Below are positions 19,019 through 32,630 of a stretch of 64,000 bases of DNA, one piece after another. The position numbers were made by a program, and so were the translations under genes. Within the stretch, counting starts at the first letter, position 1; every line of letters starts with the position of its first letter. Source of the DNA: the human T2T-CHM13v2.0 reference genome, Homo sapiens; assembly GCF_009914755.1 (NCBI RefSeq), contig NC_060931.1; one strand, written 5' to 3'. A model generated the notes under the pieces. It was given only the letters and a program-made list of their open reading frames with translations, did no database searches and was not told the origin of the DNA.

Positions 19019-19534
19019 TATGGTGGGCAGAATAATAGTCCCTGAAGATGTCCACACCCTATTCTTCAGAACCTGTGAATATGTTAGCTTACGTGGCAAA
19101 AGCAACTTTGCACGTGAGATTAAAGCGAGGACCTTAAGATGAGGAAATGTGTTACCCTAGGTTATACAAGTGGGCTCAATCTATTATCATGGGTTCTTAA
19201 AATCAGAGAACCTTTCCTGTTGGAGTTCCCAGCCAGAGAGAGATGTGACTGTGGAAGAATGGCCAGACAGTTGCAACATTACTGGTTTTGAAGTTGGAGG
19301 AAATTGGCCACAAGTCAAGGAATTAATATGGCCTCTACAAGCTAGGAGAGTAAAAAACCAGATTTTCCCCTAGAGCCTCCAAAAAGTAATACAACCCTGT
19401 CAACACCTTGATTTTAGCCCTGTGAGGCCTGTGTCAGGCATCTGACCTCCAGAACTGTAAGATAATAAATTTGTGTTATCTTAAGCCACTAGGTATGTGA
19501 TAATTTGTTATGGTAGCAATAGAAAACTAATGAA
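19019..19534 (+). mobile_element. MLT1D-like solo LTR
   Basis: Typical MLT1D start and end. 5-bp TSD GTGGG at 19014-19018 and 19535-19539. Confidence 0.85.
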
Positions 19535-19928
19535 GTGGGTATTCCACGTGGAAGGAATGGAGAACCCAAAGTTAGAGACAATCCAAACACTAAATTCAGC
19601 AAATATTTACTTGTGTGAGGTCCTTTTCTACAAAGGTGAGAAGATGCTGCTGATTTGGGCCTATATAAAAACAACTCCAAAAGGTAGAATATAGTAAGCC
19701 CCTCAAGAAGTAAATTTAGTGGGGAGAAGGATTACCTCTGTTTAGGGCATAAAACTTAATACTTAATGGCTTTTTTCTACTTAATATCTTATGTTGACTT
19801 CGAAGGAATAGATTTCCAGGCAGAAATGGGTGGGAGGAGGGTATTCTGACTGGAGTTATACAAAGACCCTGGGTTCAGGTCAAGGAAGAAAATAGCCTTG
19901 TCAACTCTGGTTGGGCAGGAAATGAGTG

Positions 19929-20201
19929 CAGTGGTTCCCAAATGCTGGTCCATAATGAAATCCTCACCAATGTTTTCCTAGAAATGAGAAAAACAGAACA
20001 ATGTAGTGAGTCTTTTAACAAAGCTAGGTTCTTTTCATTTAAATTACTTTCTTTTAACCTGAGATTATGCTCTTTTCCACTTTTTTAGTATAAAAGTTAC
20101 CTTTATTTAACAAAGTGATGGCATGATAGTTTTTACTGCTGCTGCTCTTGCTGTTGTTATGAAACTTTCTTATCTCACAAAATAAAAAGTTGGGAACCCT
20201 A
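19929..20201. mobile_element. Non-autonomous hAT-Charlie element (MER-type, subfamily uncertain)
   Basis: TIRs CAGTGGTTCCCAA...TTGGGAACCCT. Confidence 0.65.
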
Positions 20202-20615
20202 TATTGGTTTTCTTTGTGTGGGTGTGATAGGATGGAGAGGGTTCCTGATGCACGAAATGCAGAAGTCTGGAAGGCAGAGTGTTATAGGAATGGGGAAATC
20301 ATAGGAAATAATGAGATCCCGCTGGAGAGTGAATGGGGAGAAACTTATTGCAATGTTTACTGCCATACTAGGAGTTTGGGCCTTAATCTCTCAATGGTAG
20401 AAAGTTAATGAATGTATTTGAAAATTCATTCAGTGATGTGCTATAGGCATTGTGCAAGATACAGTGAAATTATACGCTGTGATAGGAGAATGAGATTGTA
20501 ACCTACCTTACTCAGCTAAAATCCATGGAGGAAAGTAATAAAAAAAAAACTATAATGTTGAGCATGAGATATGGTATTGAAAGTATGGTTGGTAGGGGGA
20601 CAGAAAAGTCTAGAG

Positions 20616-20822
20616 CAACAGTTCTCAACCAAAGCTGATTTTGCCCCCCAGGTTACAGGGACATTTGGCAATGAGTGAAAATATTTTTCATTGTCATAAC
20701 TAGGGATGGGGTGCTCCCAGCATCTACTGGGTACAGGCCATCCTATAATGCACAGGACAGTCCCCCACAACAAAGAATTATCTGGCCCCAAATGTCAATA
20801 GTGCCAAGGTTGAAGAACACTG
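20616..20822 (+). mobile_element. MER20 (hAT-Charlie)
   Basis: 'gggacatttggcaatg...aagaattatctggccccaaatgtcaatagtgccaaggttg'. 8-bp TSD GTCTAGAG/GTCTGCAG. Confidence 0.9.
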
Positions 20823-20929
20823 GTCTGCAGAAAGTTAATTTCGATATAATAAAATAACAGGGAACTGCTATGCTTTCTGGGGTAGCGAATTGTAATTTCA
20901 ATATAATGTTTGAGGAAGGAAAGAAATGA

Positions 20930-21110
20930 GCATTTATTGACAACTTTCTATATGTCAGGCATTCTCACATATAGTAAGTCATATTTAACCATCACAATGA
21001 CCCTGAGAGTTAGTTATTATATCCCTCTTTCAGGTGGGGAAACTGAGGAAGTTTGTGATAGGCCTGTAGTCAGTCAATGGCCAACACCAGATTTGGACCT
21101 AGCCCTGTTC
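20930..21110 (-). mobile_element. MIR
   Basis: 'catttattga...caggtggggaaactgagg' MIR core. Confidence 0.7.
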
Positions 21111-21399
21111 AATTTAATCACTCACCAAGGCCAGTCACTTATTGATTATTCTACTTCTGTCCATCCCCACTTCCACTACTTTAGCTCAAAGCCATCATTA
21201 TCTGTTGCCTAGGTTACTAAATGCAACGAACTCTGCCAGCATTTTTTCTCATGGCTTCTTCCAGTTGTAGTTAGAGCTTTCTAAAGAGTACTTCTGACTT
21301 TATCACTTTTCTGCTTAAAGCCCAGATTCCAGAAGGGGTATGACAGTTCCTCTACTTCATTATGCTTCTGCTTATTTTCCATATACACATCCTCCCCAT

Positions 21400-21400
<1 letters not shown>

Positions 21401-21450
<50 letters not shown>
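21401..21450. repeat. (AC)25 microsatellite
   Basis: Seen directly in the sequence. Confidence 0.97.
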
Positions 21451-21452
<2 letters not shown>

Positions 21453-23077
21453 CCCTGTGGCTAACTCCTTCAGTTCCAAAGGGAGAGCTTCTCTGATCTC
21501 CAAGGCTGAATGAGGTGTCCTTCCCATGGCTCCCATGGCACCTGGGAATATCCCATCATTGCTTTTACCACCCATTGCATTAGTGGTTCACTTACTTGTC
21601 TGTCTCTTCCATTAAAATGTAAATAACTTGGGGTCAAGGACAGTGTGATTCCAGTCTACATCCTCAGCGCTAGGCACAGAGGAGGCACCAGATGATACAT
21701 GTTGAGTAAGTGACTCCTGCCATCATTGTGTCTGAACAATGAGTTGGATTCAGTATTCCCCAGACACAGGAGAGCCAGATAAAAGTCCATGTTCTCCCCC
21801 TAGGTACAAGGTGATGAGGCTCTCAAGTAAGGTTTTGACCATGAGGAAGGAAAGGAAAGCTGTGAAATATGCTGCAGAAACAAGTCTCTATGGGACTTGT
21901 TGACAGATTGGCAATGTGGGAGGATGGAGCAAGATTACTGGAAAGGATTCTTAAGTGATTAAGTGTATAGCAGCAAGATGCAAAAGTTGCTCTAAATGAT
22001 AATATAGTAACATGCTTCTGTACTGCAAATTCTCAGTAAATGTTGAATGAATAAACTTGAATGATTTTTTCTCTACATTTGAGAGTCATCTAAATAAAGT
22101 CCGGATGGTATTTGAAACCCTAGGAATTAATGGGATCCCCTAGGGACAAAGCCTAGCAAGGAAGAGAAAACATCCCAGGACCCAGCCCAGGGAAGCCCTA
22201 ACAATGATAGGTCATTAAAGGAGGAGGACCCTGGGAAGGGGATGATAAAGCAGATGTGGAAAGATAGGAGGAAAACCCTTGACGTGAGAGCATGCTGTGA
22301 GAGCCAGGAGAGGAGGGTATTTGAAGCAAGAAGTGGGCATCTCAGTGCAGTGCTGCTGAGAGGCCAAGTAAGATAAGGGCAGAGAAGAGCTCAATTCACA
22401 GGGCTCTCCTTCCTGGCAAGCAGAAGAGCCGAGAGTGTCACTGGACACTGAGAGCAGCAGAAATGACTGCCAAAACGAGGCGTGGCTTGGGTTTTTGAGG
22501 CCCCAGTTCCAGGACCTAGTCCTAAAAGTGTTTTCTGGCCCATGAAAACCTGACCTTAAAAGTGTTTCCATTCCTTATTTAACTTTGACTTTGTTTCCCT
22601 AAGCAAGATAAAGCAATATAACTGGTGAAGACCCCTGCACTTGTCTCAGTGGTCTTAAGGATCCAGTGAATGGCTTATTTATCATCCTTCAGGGATGGGC
22701 CAGTAAGGAGTTCTCTCATCTTCTGATGAATGTAAGTAGGTGTGGGGACTGTTATCCAAAAGCCCGAGACCTTGTCACAGACTGGGGCTGCTTTTTGAGA
22801 CTTCCTAAATTAGTCCTATAGAGAATATGCTCTGATACCCAATTCTATTGCTCTACCTTCCCCAAAGTGGAATCTTGGCCAAGAGACCATGAATAGACAA
22901 GTCATAGTCCTCAATAAGGCATCACTGAGATGGGATGTCTCTTCTCAGACACACCCATCGCAGGTGAGAAGTTGCTAAAACCACCCAGTGCATGGGGGGA
23001 GAGAAAAGACAATTGATGTTGCTTCCTTTTTCATCTACTTTGCCCAGTGCAAGGGCCCTTTAAAAATACCTGGTATT

Positions 23078-24204
23078 CATTTGACTCAGCAATCCCATTA
23101 CTGAGTATATACCCAAAGGATTAGAAATCATTCTACTATAAAGATACATGCACCCGTAAGTTTATTGCAGCACTATTTACAATAGCAAAGACTTGGAACC
23201 AACCCAAATGCCCATCAGTGATAGACTGGATAAAGAAAATGTGGCACATATACACCATGGAATATTATGCAGCCATAGTAAACAATGAGTTCATGTCCAT
23301 TGCAGGGACATGGATGAAGCTGGAAACCATCATCCTCAGCAAACTAACACAGGAACAGAAAACCAAACACCGCATGTTCTGACTCATTAAGTGTGAGTTG
23401 AACAATGAGAACACATGGACACAGGGAGGGGAACATCACACACTGGGGCCTGACAGGGGGTGAGGGGTCCAAGGGGAGGAAGAGCATTAGGACAAATACC
23501 TAATGCATGCAGGCCTTAACCATCTCACACCAGTTAGAATGGCGATCATTAAAAAGTCAGGAAACAACAGGTGCTGGAGAGGATGTGGAGAAATAGGAAC
23601 ACTTTTACACTGTTGGTGGGACTGTAAACTAGTTCAACCATTGTGGAAGTCAGTGTGGTGATTCCTCAGGGATCTAGAACTAGAAATACCATTTGACCCA
23701 GCCATCCCATTACTGGGTATATACCCAAAGGATTATAAATCATGCTGCTATAAAGACACATGCACACGTATATTTACTGCGACACTATTCAGAATAGCAA
23801 AGACTTGGAACCAACCCAAATGTCCAACAATGATAGACTGGATTAAGAAAATGTGGCACATATACACCATGGAATACTATGCAGCCATAAAAAATGAAGA
23901 GTTCATGTCCTTTGTAGGGACACGGATGAAACTGGAAACCATCATTCTCAGCAAACTATCGCAAGGACAAAAAAACCAAACACCACATGTTCTCACTCAT
24001 AGGTGGGAATTGAACAATGGGAGCACATGGACACAGGAAGGGGAACATCACACTCTGGGGTCTGTTGTGGGGTGGGGGGAGGGGGGAGGGATAGCATTAG
24101 GAGATATACCTAATGCTGTATGATGAGTTAACGGGTGCAGCACACCAACATGGCACATGTATACATATGTAACAAACCTGCACATTGTGCACATGTACCC
24201 CAAA

Positions 24205-24239
<35 letters not shown>

Positions 24240-24350
24240 CCTAGATGACAGGTTGATAGGTGCAGCAAACCACCATGGCACACGTATACCTATGTGACAA
24301 ACCTGCATGTTCTGCACATGTATCCCAGAACTTAAAGTAAAATTAAAAAA
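23078..24350 (+). mobile_element. Older L1 3' end (L1PA7/8-like) split by a younger L1
   Basis: The 3'UTR resumes at 'aaaacctagatgacagg' (about 24236). TSD AAAAA(T/A)A(C/G)CTGGTATT at 23062-23077 and 24351-24366. Confidence 0.88.
23520..24235 (+). mobile_element. Nested 5'-truncated L1 (L1PA4/5-like) with (AAT)n tail
   Basis: ORF2 C-terminus ([17 protein letters not shown]), G-rich 3'UTR and (TAA)n tail. Confidence 0.88.
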
Positions 24351-25783
24351 AAAAAAAGCTGGTATTAGGAGTTTGCAATTCATTCAACTCATAAAAGTGA
24401 ATGCCTGATTTTAATTATTCTAACTAACCTAGGTGCTATTCAGAGTAAATGGAATTCAGTATAATATATTCCAAATGCTTATCGTCATAAAACCTCACTA
24501 ATAACTGGATTTTCAGTCCCTTTCAGTAATTATTCCAATGAATTTTAAGATTCCATTTTTAGTAAATGAAAATAACTCCAATAGTACACTCATATTCATA
24601 GGTTTTGGGGGAAAATCTGTATGGCCCCATAGCCATCTCAGGATATAAGCTAACCACTAGCACAAGACACTTTGTGTAACAAGTGGTGATTAGGCAAACA
24701 CCCACATGATTATAATTTGCCTTCACAAAGACAAAAATTTGAAACATTATGGGGTTAGATGCAGTTTCATGAGACATCTGTTGTCCTCTCCCTTAGAAAT
24801 GTAACATTTTCTTCTCCAGTTAATCCCAAACCTTGAAGTCATTTCTCTTTCAGTTCTTTCTAGGGCAACCAGGACTTTTCATTGAGCAGTGGTGGTGAGT
24901 GTAGCTCAGCATCAGCAAAGAGATCTCTTCCCTAAGATAGAAAGAGTCCATCCCATAGGTCAGTTCCTCTCCACTCAGCCCTTCATAGTGCATCTCTATA
25001 TATCTGCAAAGATGATTTTTTTAAGAAAATGGGTGTATTTTTATATGGTAAGTAGAAAATGATTTGGGGGAAAAGGGGAATGTACAATTGTAGAATTCTT
25101 CAAAATCACAAGTCCTTTTCCTGCCCCTCACTAGAAATTGAGCTGTTACAAAGCTGACCCCGGAGAAACAAAGAAGTTATCTTTTAGCCTTTTGGAAAAG
25201 TATCTGGCTTAATTAAGAACAATGTCATTTGAGTCTCAAATTTAGGATTTTTGGATTAGGTGCATTAGATAAAACCTGACAGTTTTTTCGTAAGGATTTA
25301 TGCCAAAATGGGTACTTGCACATCTCGTCTTGAATTCAAAGCTTTGTGTCTTTTCCCCTCCTAATATGCTCTCAGATCATTTTTGCCTTTGAATGTTGTC
25401 CAATTACTTATTTGGTTTGATTAGGGCCAACTGACTAACAAGAAAATCATTCCCACTTACATTATTCCTATAAAATACATGCTTCTCCACAATCACTACC
25501 TTAGTATCCTCATATTTCTCTAGCTTTGTTATATATCACTGAAGACAGGAAGGCCAAATTATCAAATAGACCTCACCATATGGCATCAGCCCAGCACAGC
25601 TTCCTGGTTGTTTCACCTCTGAATAGGCTATTCTGGACCTTCTCTCTAATGTCCACCCCTGCCAATTTCCATCTCCCAGAATCATTCCCAGGTTCCTGCA
25701 CTCATCTAGTGCTGGCCTTCAGGAAATATCCAAATTTATTACCAGGCAGATTTTCTGCATCTTTGCCCTGTTTGCTTGAATTA

Positions 25784-25877
25784 CAGTATAAAGAAGGGCT
25801 CTGATACCACAGGGCAGTGTGAAGAAGGGCTCTGATCCTCAGAGGACAGTATGAAGAAGGGCTTTGATCCCTATGGG
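25784..25877. repeat. Three-unit, 31-32 bp degenerate tandem repeat
   Basis: Core CAGTRTRAAGAAGGGCTYTGAT at 25784, 25815 and 25847. Confidence 0.85.
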
Positions 25878-27049
25878 CTTTCCTCCAGGTGAGTTTGTTC
25901 TGATTGGCTCCAGTAGAGCACTGTGCGATCTATCACCTCCTCTTCAATTGCTATGTGCAACCCCTTGAGATGCTCCTGTGCAGAAGGTGAGAGCAGGAAC
26001 GTAGTCTAGCCATTTTCATCCTTCAAACCACCAATTCCTTTCTACCATCCTTCAAAGGCTCCCATAATTGGAGCTCACTGCTTTAGCAAATCTATTTGAA
26101 AAGTTGAAGAGCAAAAAAACTGCTCTATCAGTCTTCATGGGTCAGCATCCTGCCTCCACCAAGCCTGCTTTCCAGATGGAGCATTGCACAATAGTCAAGC
26201 ATCTCTCTCTTCTGCAAGGTATAGAGATGCATTTTCCCTTTCTATCTCTGCTTTTGTGAATATGTCCAGACACTAAAATTTAAAGAATTGTTGGCTGCCT
26301 ATGAGCTTACTGTGAACTAAAGATCTTACAAATAATAGTTGCCAAAAAAAATGGAGGAAATTCTGGCCTGGTATCAGCAAACTAAATTTTTGTCTCAGAA
26401 TCTAGTTCTGAGCTATTGAGCCATGCTGATGTAATGACATAAATAGTTTAACTAACTTTCTGACAAGACTGTATTTAGAGGATCTTTAATAGATGTATGC
26501 TGTTTGCATCCTGACTTTGAAAGAAATATCCCAGGGAAACAACCATAGAATTTGATTTAATACCTCACTTGTAGTTTGTATTTAATTGTAAATTCTAGTG
26601 GAAATACATGAATCCATAGCAATATATTTAATCTAGCACCTTCAGATCAGTTAAACTAATTTATCTTTAAAATTCCCTTGATACATAGCCAAGACTCCTT
26701 GCCAACTATTTATTAACCACACATTGTGTAGTGAAGGTTCATAAAGCACTAGATAACAAATGTAACTTTGTGGAGGGAAAAGACAAAAAGACACTCAAAA
26801 GAAAGTCAGATAATGAAACTAATACTTGGGATGAAAACTGCTCTCTTAAGGAAGGAGTCCCTCATTGTAATGTGAGTGACAGTGTTTAATTCATTGTAGT
26901 ACAAATTGTTACTATTGCTAATGTTCTTAATATAGCACATTAAATTAAAGAGTCACTGTAGCTGTACAAAATCATATAGAGAGCTCACCACTTTCAATTA
27001 ATTCGGGGATCCTCCCAAGGCTGCATAACTGAGCTGGGAGAGTTCTTCC

Positions 27050-27257
27050 TTTGTCACTGGAGACCTGGGTTGAAATCCTGGAGACCTGGGTTCAAATGGC
27101 TTGCTGTGAGAAAGTTACATGACCTTGAACATTACTCTGAGCCAGTTTTCTCTTCTGTAAAATGAGAATAATCATCTAAGCCTGTTAATGGGATTTAGGA
27201 GAAAATGTAAGGTTTCTAGCACAAATGTTAACAAGCTCTTAAGAAATAGTAGCTCAA
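27050..27257 (+). mobile_element. MIR with a 21-bp internal tandem duplication
   Basis: 'ctggagacctgggtt(g/c)aaat' occurs twice; 'cagttttctcttctgtaaaatgagaataat'. Confidence 0.7.
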
Positions 27258-27578
<321 letters not shown>

Positions 27579-28726
27579 AATAGTAGCTCAAAATATGTAT
27601 AATCAACAATAATTAATCATCCTACTTCTAAGTGGAATTAATGTATTCATCTGTCAGTGTAGATAGTTGCATTGGTTACTTCAAAACACTCGAGGGGTAG
27701 AGGGTAGTTCTTTTTCAGTAGAGCAGTATATTCCAGGGGTTGAAATCTGGGCTTGGGACCACGAGAATTATAGAGTATGAGTAATCAATAGTGATGTAGT
27801 CCAGGGTGATCCTTGAGGTTGCAGTCAATTAATATAAAAGCAGTTTTAATATAAAACTTTAATATAAAAGCAGCTTTCGTGCATGTGTATCCTATATAAG
27901 TCATGGTTGCTGATGATGGCAGAGGCAGACTGGGTTCTCCAGCTGTCCAGAGAGCCATGTTTCTGTACCCTATTCTCAGGTTTAGAAAACTTCCAGACAG
28001 CACATGAGCCCACCACTTCATGGCCCTTTCTCATAGCAAAAGGCATGAAAAATAGGAGAATGAAATAGAGATGTATGCTCTTCCAAGTTTCAGGGACCAG
28101 AGAAGCTTTCAGAAGGAATATTTTGGCCATTCCCACCTCAGTTTTCGTTTACATCAGATGTGTCTAGTGAAAGGTAATATGATGACCAGCTATAGTTTCA
28201 AATTTTTAGAAAATAAAAATCTTTTCATTTGATCTCACAGTAAATATCATCAAGTACAAGTTAGATCTCACCTATTCTAAGTCTGGGAGGAAGTGGTACA
28301 ATAGAACATGATTTTTCCAACATGCATCTAGGCAAATATGACAATATGCACAATTAATTAATACTTAAAGATTAAAAGCTGGATACATTTTTAAAGTGTT
28401 ATCTTATCCTGATCAATATTTTTGTCTTATGTTTAAACAAAATATGAAGCAAAATGTCTGAAACCAAAATTCTTTAACCATGAAATTTTCTTTCAGATAA
28501 TGAATGCAGTTTTCCTCTCTGTCTTGATTTCTTGTTTTATTTTAAACATGTGTTCTCCAGTTGCATGTGTGTACACAAGCACATAAATAGTTCTGTGTTC
28601 AATAAAATGAAAGTAAGAGAAAAAAAGTAACAAATGGAGAGTTTGAGTAAACAGCAATCCATATACATCCTAAATTGATTTTTAAAATTGGGGATTTTAA
28701 AAATTAAATGGGATAAAGTTACAGTA

Positions 28727-28883
28727 TTTCTTACACATTCTAGATGATTTACAAAGTTTATTTGCCATCAAGTTCCACGTCTTGCAAGGAAATTAACTGG
28801 ATTTCTAGCCAACAATCTGATTGGAAGATTCTTGGGATATACTTTATCCCCTTAAAATAGAGTATTATATAAACAAATACGAA
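28727..28883 (+). repeat. Copy 1 of a 157-bp local direct duplication
   Basis: 9 mismatches and no indels versus 34626-34782. Confidence 0.95.
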
Positions 28884-29753
28884 ATAAAGATGGAACGAAA
28901 TAAAGAACTTTTTGCTGGAGAAAAATACGTTCTCTAAATACACCACTAAGAATCCCTGTCAAGGAGGGCTATAGCTTGGCCAACCCTGGATTTGTTAGCC
29001 AGCCCAGGTGAGTGTCAGGAATGAGGTACTTACCTCCCCTTTCTGTATCTTTCTATGAAAGAGACACAAAACAATGGTCCTCAATAAGTCAGAGCACAAG
29101 TACTAACAGCCAACTATGAACCAGCCTAGGGAGGATTTGAGGCAACTGCCATTGTTTCTGCCTCAAGGACCCTTCAGCCTGGCTCCCTGCACAAAACAAC
29201 AGGACCACAGCTTGGTACATGTGTTTTAAATGTGTTTTGATTGAAATGTGTAGCCTCTAAGGGATTCTTTGGGCAGAATTTCAGTCAGGAAATATGTGGG
29301 AGAAATGGACATTACTTCAACTCTGAAGAATCCAGTAGTTGGACTTGTGGAGAAAAGGGACCTCTACAGGTTGAGATAGGAATTTATAAAACTTGAACAG
29401 GAAGTAATGAAGGAACCTGGTACGCTGGTGGAGAAAGGAGTAAATAGCAAATATGACTTTAAAAGTAATGGGAAAGTCCACACTCCGTGCAGTAACCAGG
29501 AGGGCTGCTGAAGATTCCAGACCAGGATAGAGGCTAAGAGACTAACTTCTCTCTTCTCTCTCCATATGCACACATACATATATATATGTTCTCACGACAA
29601 TCTGAGAATATATATATATATATATCAGTGTTACGCACATGGTAAATATTATTGATTAGGACAAATAATCATAATTCATTGAAATAGGGCTAAAGGAATC
29701 AGTAGCCTATTATTTTTTTGAGCTATGCTCCTTTTGGCACATGCCCTTAACCC

Positions 29754-29754
<1 letters not shown>

Positions 29755-29804
<50 letters not shown>
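29755..29804. repeat. (AC)25 microsatellite
   Basis: Seen directly in the sequence. Confidence 0.97.
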
Positions 29805-29806
<2 letters not shown>

Positions 29807-30235
29807 ATGTATACACTGCATTATAATTTGCTATGCACTTCCTCTACCCAAATATGTGTTGGAGTGGTAGGGACCCACAAGGGACATTTCTGTCAAGATT
29901 TTGCTTTTATAATTGGCAGATAACAAGGAGGAAGACATGAGATAAGAGAACAAAAATTATAACAACTTTGAGTAACCTTCTGAAGATATCTATTACGTGG
30001 TGAGGAACGTTTTGCTTAACATCTGTGTTCCTATATCTATCTGGGGACCTTGCTTATTTATAATTCAACTTATTATGTTGAGTGGGCACTGGGGATACAT
30101 TGATGAGGGACAGAGCCCCTGTGCTCCTGAAGCTTGCAGAAGGAGGACAGAGATGTTAACCAATAAATATGATATGCTAGCTGTAATATCATAGAACTGT
30201 AAAAGGTACAGCAGAGGCCAAAGGGAAGGGGCAAT

Positions 30236-30648
30236 TGTATTAGTCAGGGCTCTCTAGAGGAACAGAGCCAATAGGATGTGTGTACAGAGGGAGATTGATT
30301 TATTTTAAGGAATTGGCTCACACAGTTACGGAGGCTGAAAAATCCAAATCTGCAGGACGAGCCAGCAGACAAGAGACCTAGAAAAGAGTCCGTTTTGCAG
30401 ATTGAACCTAAAAGTGGCCTACTGCAGAAACCCTTTTTGCTTGGAGAAGGTCAGTCTTTGTTCTACTAAGGCTTCCAAAAAATTGGATGATGCTCACCCA
30501 CATTAGGAATTTGCTTTACTCAAAGTCCACCAATTTAAATAATAATCTCATCCAAAAAACACCATCACAGAAACATCCAGAATAATGCCTGACCAAATAC
30601 CTGGGCACCATGGCCCAACTAGGTAGACACATAAAGTTAACCATCACA
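30236..30648 (-). mobile_element. MLT2 (MLT2D-like) ERVL solo LTR inserted in an L2
   Basis: TGTATTAGTCAGGG...TTAACCATCACA ends. TSD GCAAT/GCAGT. Confidence 0.85.
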
Positions 30649-32609
30649 GCAGTCATTTTTGTTCTGGGGAGAAGAATAGAGAGTGGGATGGGGCTGTCAG
30701 GCGGTGGGATGATTGGAGGAAATGACAGTTCCAGGGCAAGGAGGAGACCACAGGCAATGTGGGAAAGGACACTCTGTCCAAAGGCAACCATTACATCATG
30801 AGTCATCTGAAAAGCCACAGAATACATGAGAGGAAAAAGGTGGAAGAGAAGCTGGAAATGTAATAATCGGCCAGAAAATGAAGAGCCTTGATTGCACCAC
30901 AAAGGGGTTTTGGACTTTCTCCCAAAAGCCATGATGAGTCACTGGAGTTTTCAGCAGCAGAGTATCCCAGTCAATTGCGCATGTTAGGAAGGTCACCCTG
31001 ACCTCTGTTCTTCCCAAACAGCATAAGATTACCAGCTCCATTGAAACCTATGAAAATGATTTGCATTTCTTAGAGAAAATATAGACTAGGGGAACATAAC
31101 ATCATTTTTATGATTTTAAACAGTGAGAAATTATTCTAGATTTTCCTTTAAAGTTATTTGTATAAGAAGTTATAGTTGTCCTTGATACTTCTTTTTTTCA
31201 GCCACACACTTCATAAAGAATGAAATCCCTTCAAACAATCTTCTTATCTTCCAAACAGTATGAAAGCCTCCCAAAATTTTCCAGAGCTCTCCTTGCTCTC
31301 TCTCACCAGGTTATATTTAGCTCAGCTATAGACCTTGACCTTTTCAATAGACTGCAAGACACAATGCGCTAATCAGAACATTTCTTAATAGACTTCAATG
31401 AGGTTCATGGCCCCAAACTCATCCTTGTGTACACACACACACACACACACACACTTCATGTTTGCGAGCATTTTATAAAAAAACAACTATTAAGTTGATT
31501 CAGGGGAAGATATTTTATCATTCTGCTAACAAAATGGGCTTTAAATAGGCTTTATTTCTTTGAGCTTAGGGAAAAGAATAGATTTGCATTTCTTCCTTTC
31601 TTAGGAAATTTTTCTGTTTGAATAATGTTGGCATATTTCCATTTGCTGTAAATCTTACCTTGAATAGCTCTCCGTGGGTTCTCTTTCTCTAGTATGGCTT
31701 GGTTTGCAGGCAGGATCTGTATGCAAAGACTGACATGCAGAGGTGTGGAGTGCAGTGTTCTTCTTAGGAACATGAACTCTTCCCTTTTTTTCTGCCCTTC
31801 CACCCCTCCCTTGGCTGCCTCTGCTTCTGTGGACTGACTTTGAGGTCTCTATCATGTTATCAAGGTATTTTGAACACAGAATAATTTATTCACAAATGCC
31901 TTCACTATATTATTTATTATAGTATTAATAGTAATAATAGTTACAGTGCCAGTGACAGAGTGGAAAACCAGGCATGTTCTCCTGGCCCTTGGCAACAACC
32001 ACTCAAAAAGATTAGCCTAAATTTGGCCATCCTACTTAAATTAAAGATATTGGTGATTCTTAGAAATAAGAATAGAAGAAAACTAAATAATTATGGAAAT
32101 GCTGGATAGTTCTCCCAGGGAGAAGCAGGAGAACGGAGGGAAAGACACCATTTGAAGCACAATCTACAAGAGGAGATCCTTATTTTTCAGCAACTTGGAC
32201 ATCTGGTCATTTACTTGTTTCATGGTGTGCTCTGCTTATCAGCCATCCTCTTCTCTCTAAAACTTTCAGTGTTGCGGCCTACTACCTCCAGCCTGCTTCT
32301 GTGGAGGACTACCTCAAACCTTGTTGGCCCTTGTTCAGAGAAGTGGCCTGGCTGGGTTCGATTTCATACTTATAGCTACATGCCTTGGGCAAGTTACTTA
32401 ATCTCCCTGTGCCTTGATTTCCTAATCTGTAAAACCCTGCCTAGACCAGAGCCATAGGTTCTAAAAGCCACTGGGCTTAAAGGAGTCTTCAGCAGCATCA
32501 AAGACGCACCAGGCAGCAACCAAGTGAGCAAGGCATGAGCCACATAACCAAGATGTGCAGGAATAAACACTGGTAGCAAGACCAACGCCTAGTGACTGGG
32601 TTTAGACGT

Positions 32610-32630
32610 GTCAGCACCATGGACAGCTCA
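32610..32630 (+). promoter_or_regulatory. REST/NRSF binding site (RE1/NRSE)
   Basis: GTCAGCACCATGGACAGCTCA matches TTCAGCACCATGGACAGCGCC at 18/21, with both half-sites and the 2-bp spacer intact. Confidence 0.8.

Noticed and set aside
25784-25877. CRISPR-like array
   Set aside because: Human DNA, three degenerate units, no unique spacers and no cas genes.
28744-28822. C/D-box snoRNA reading of the duplicated segment (ATGATTT...CTGA)
   Set aside because: The C box has two mismatches and there is no convincing terminal stem.
28758-28852. Minus-strand coding exon GIKYIP[R/K]IFQSDCWLEIQLISLQDVELDGK
   Set aside because: The changes look conservative, but only three sites inform this. The acceptor is degraded in copy 2 and the peptide is unrecognised.
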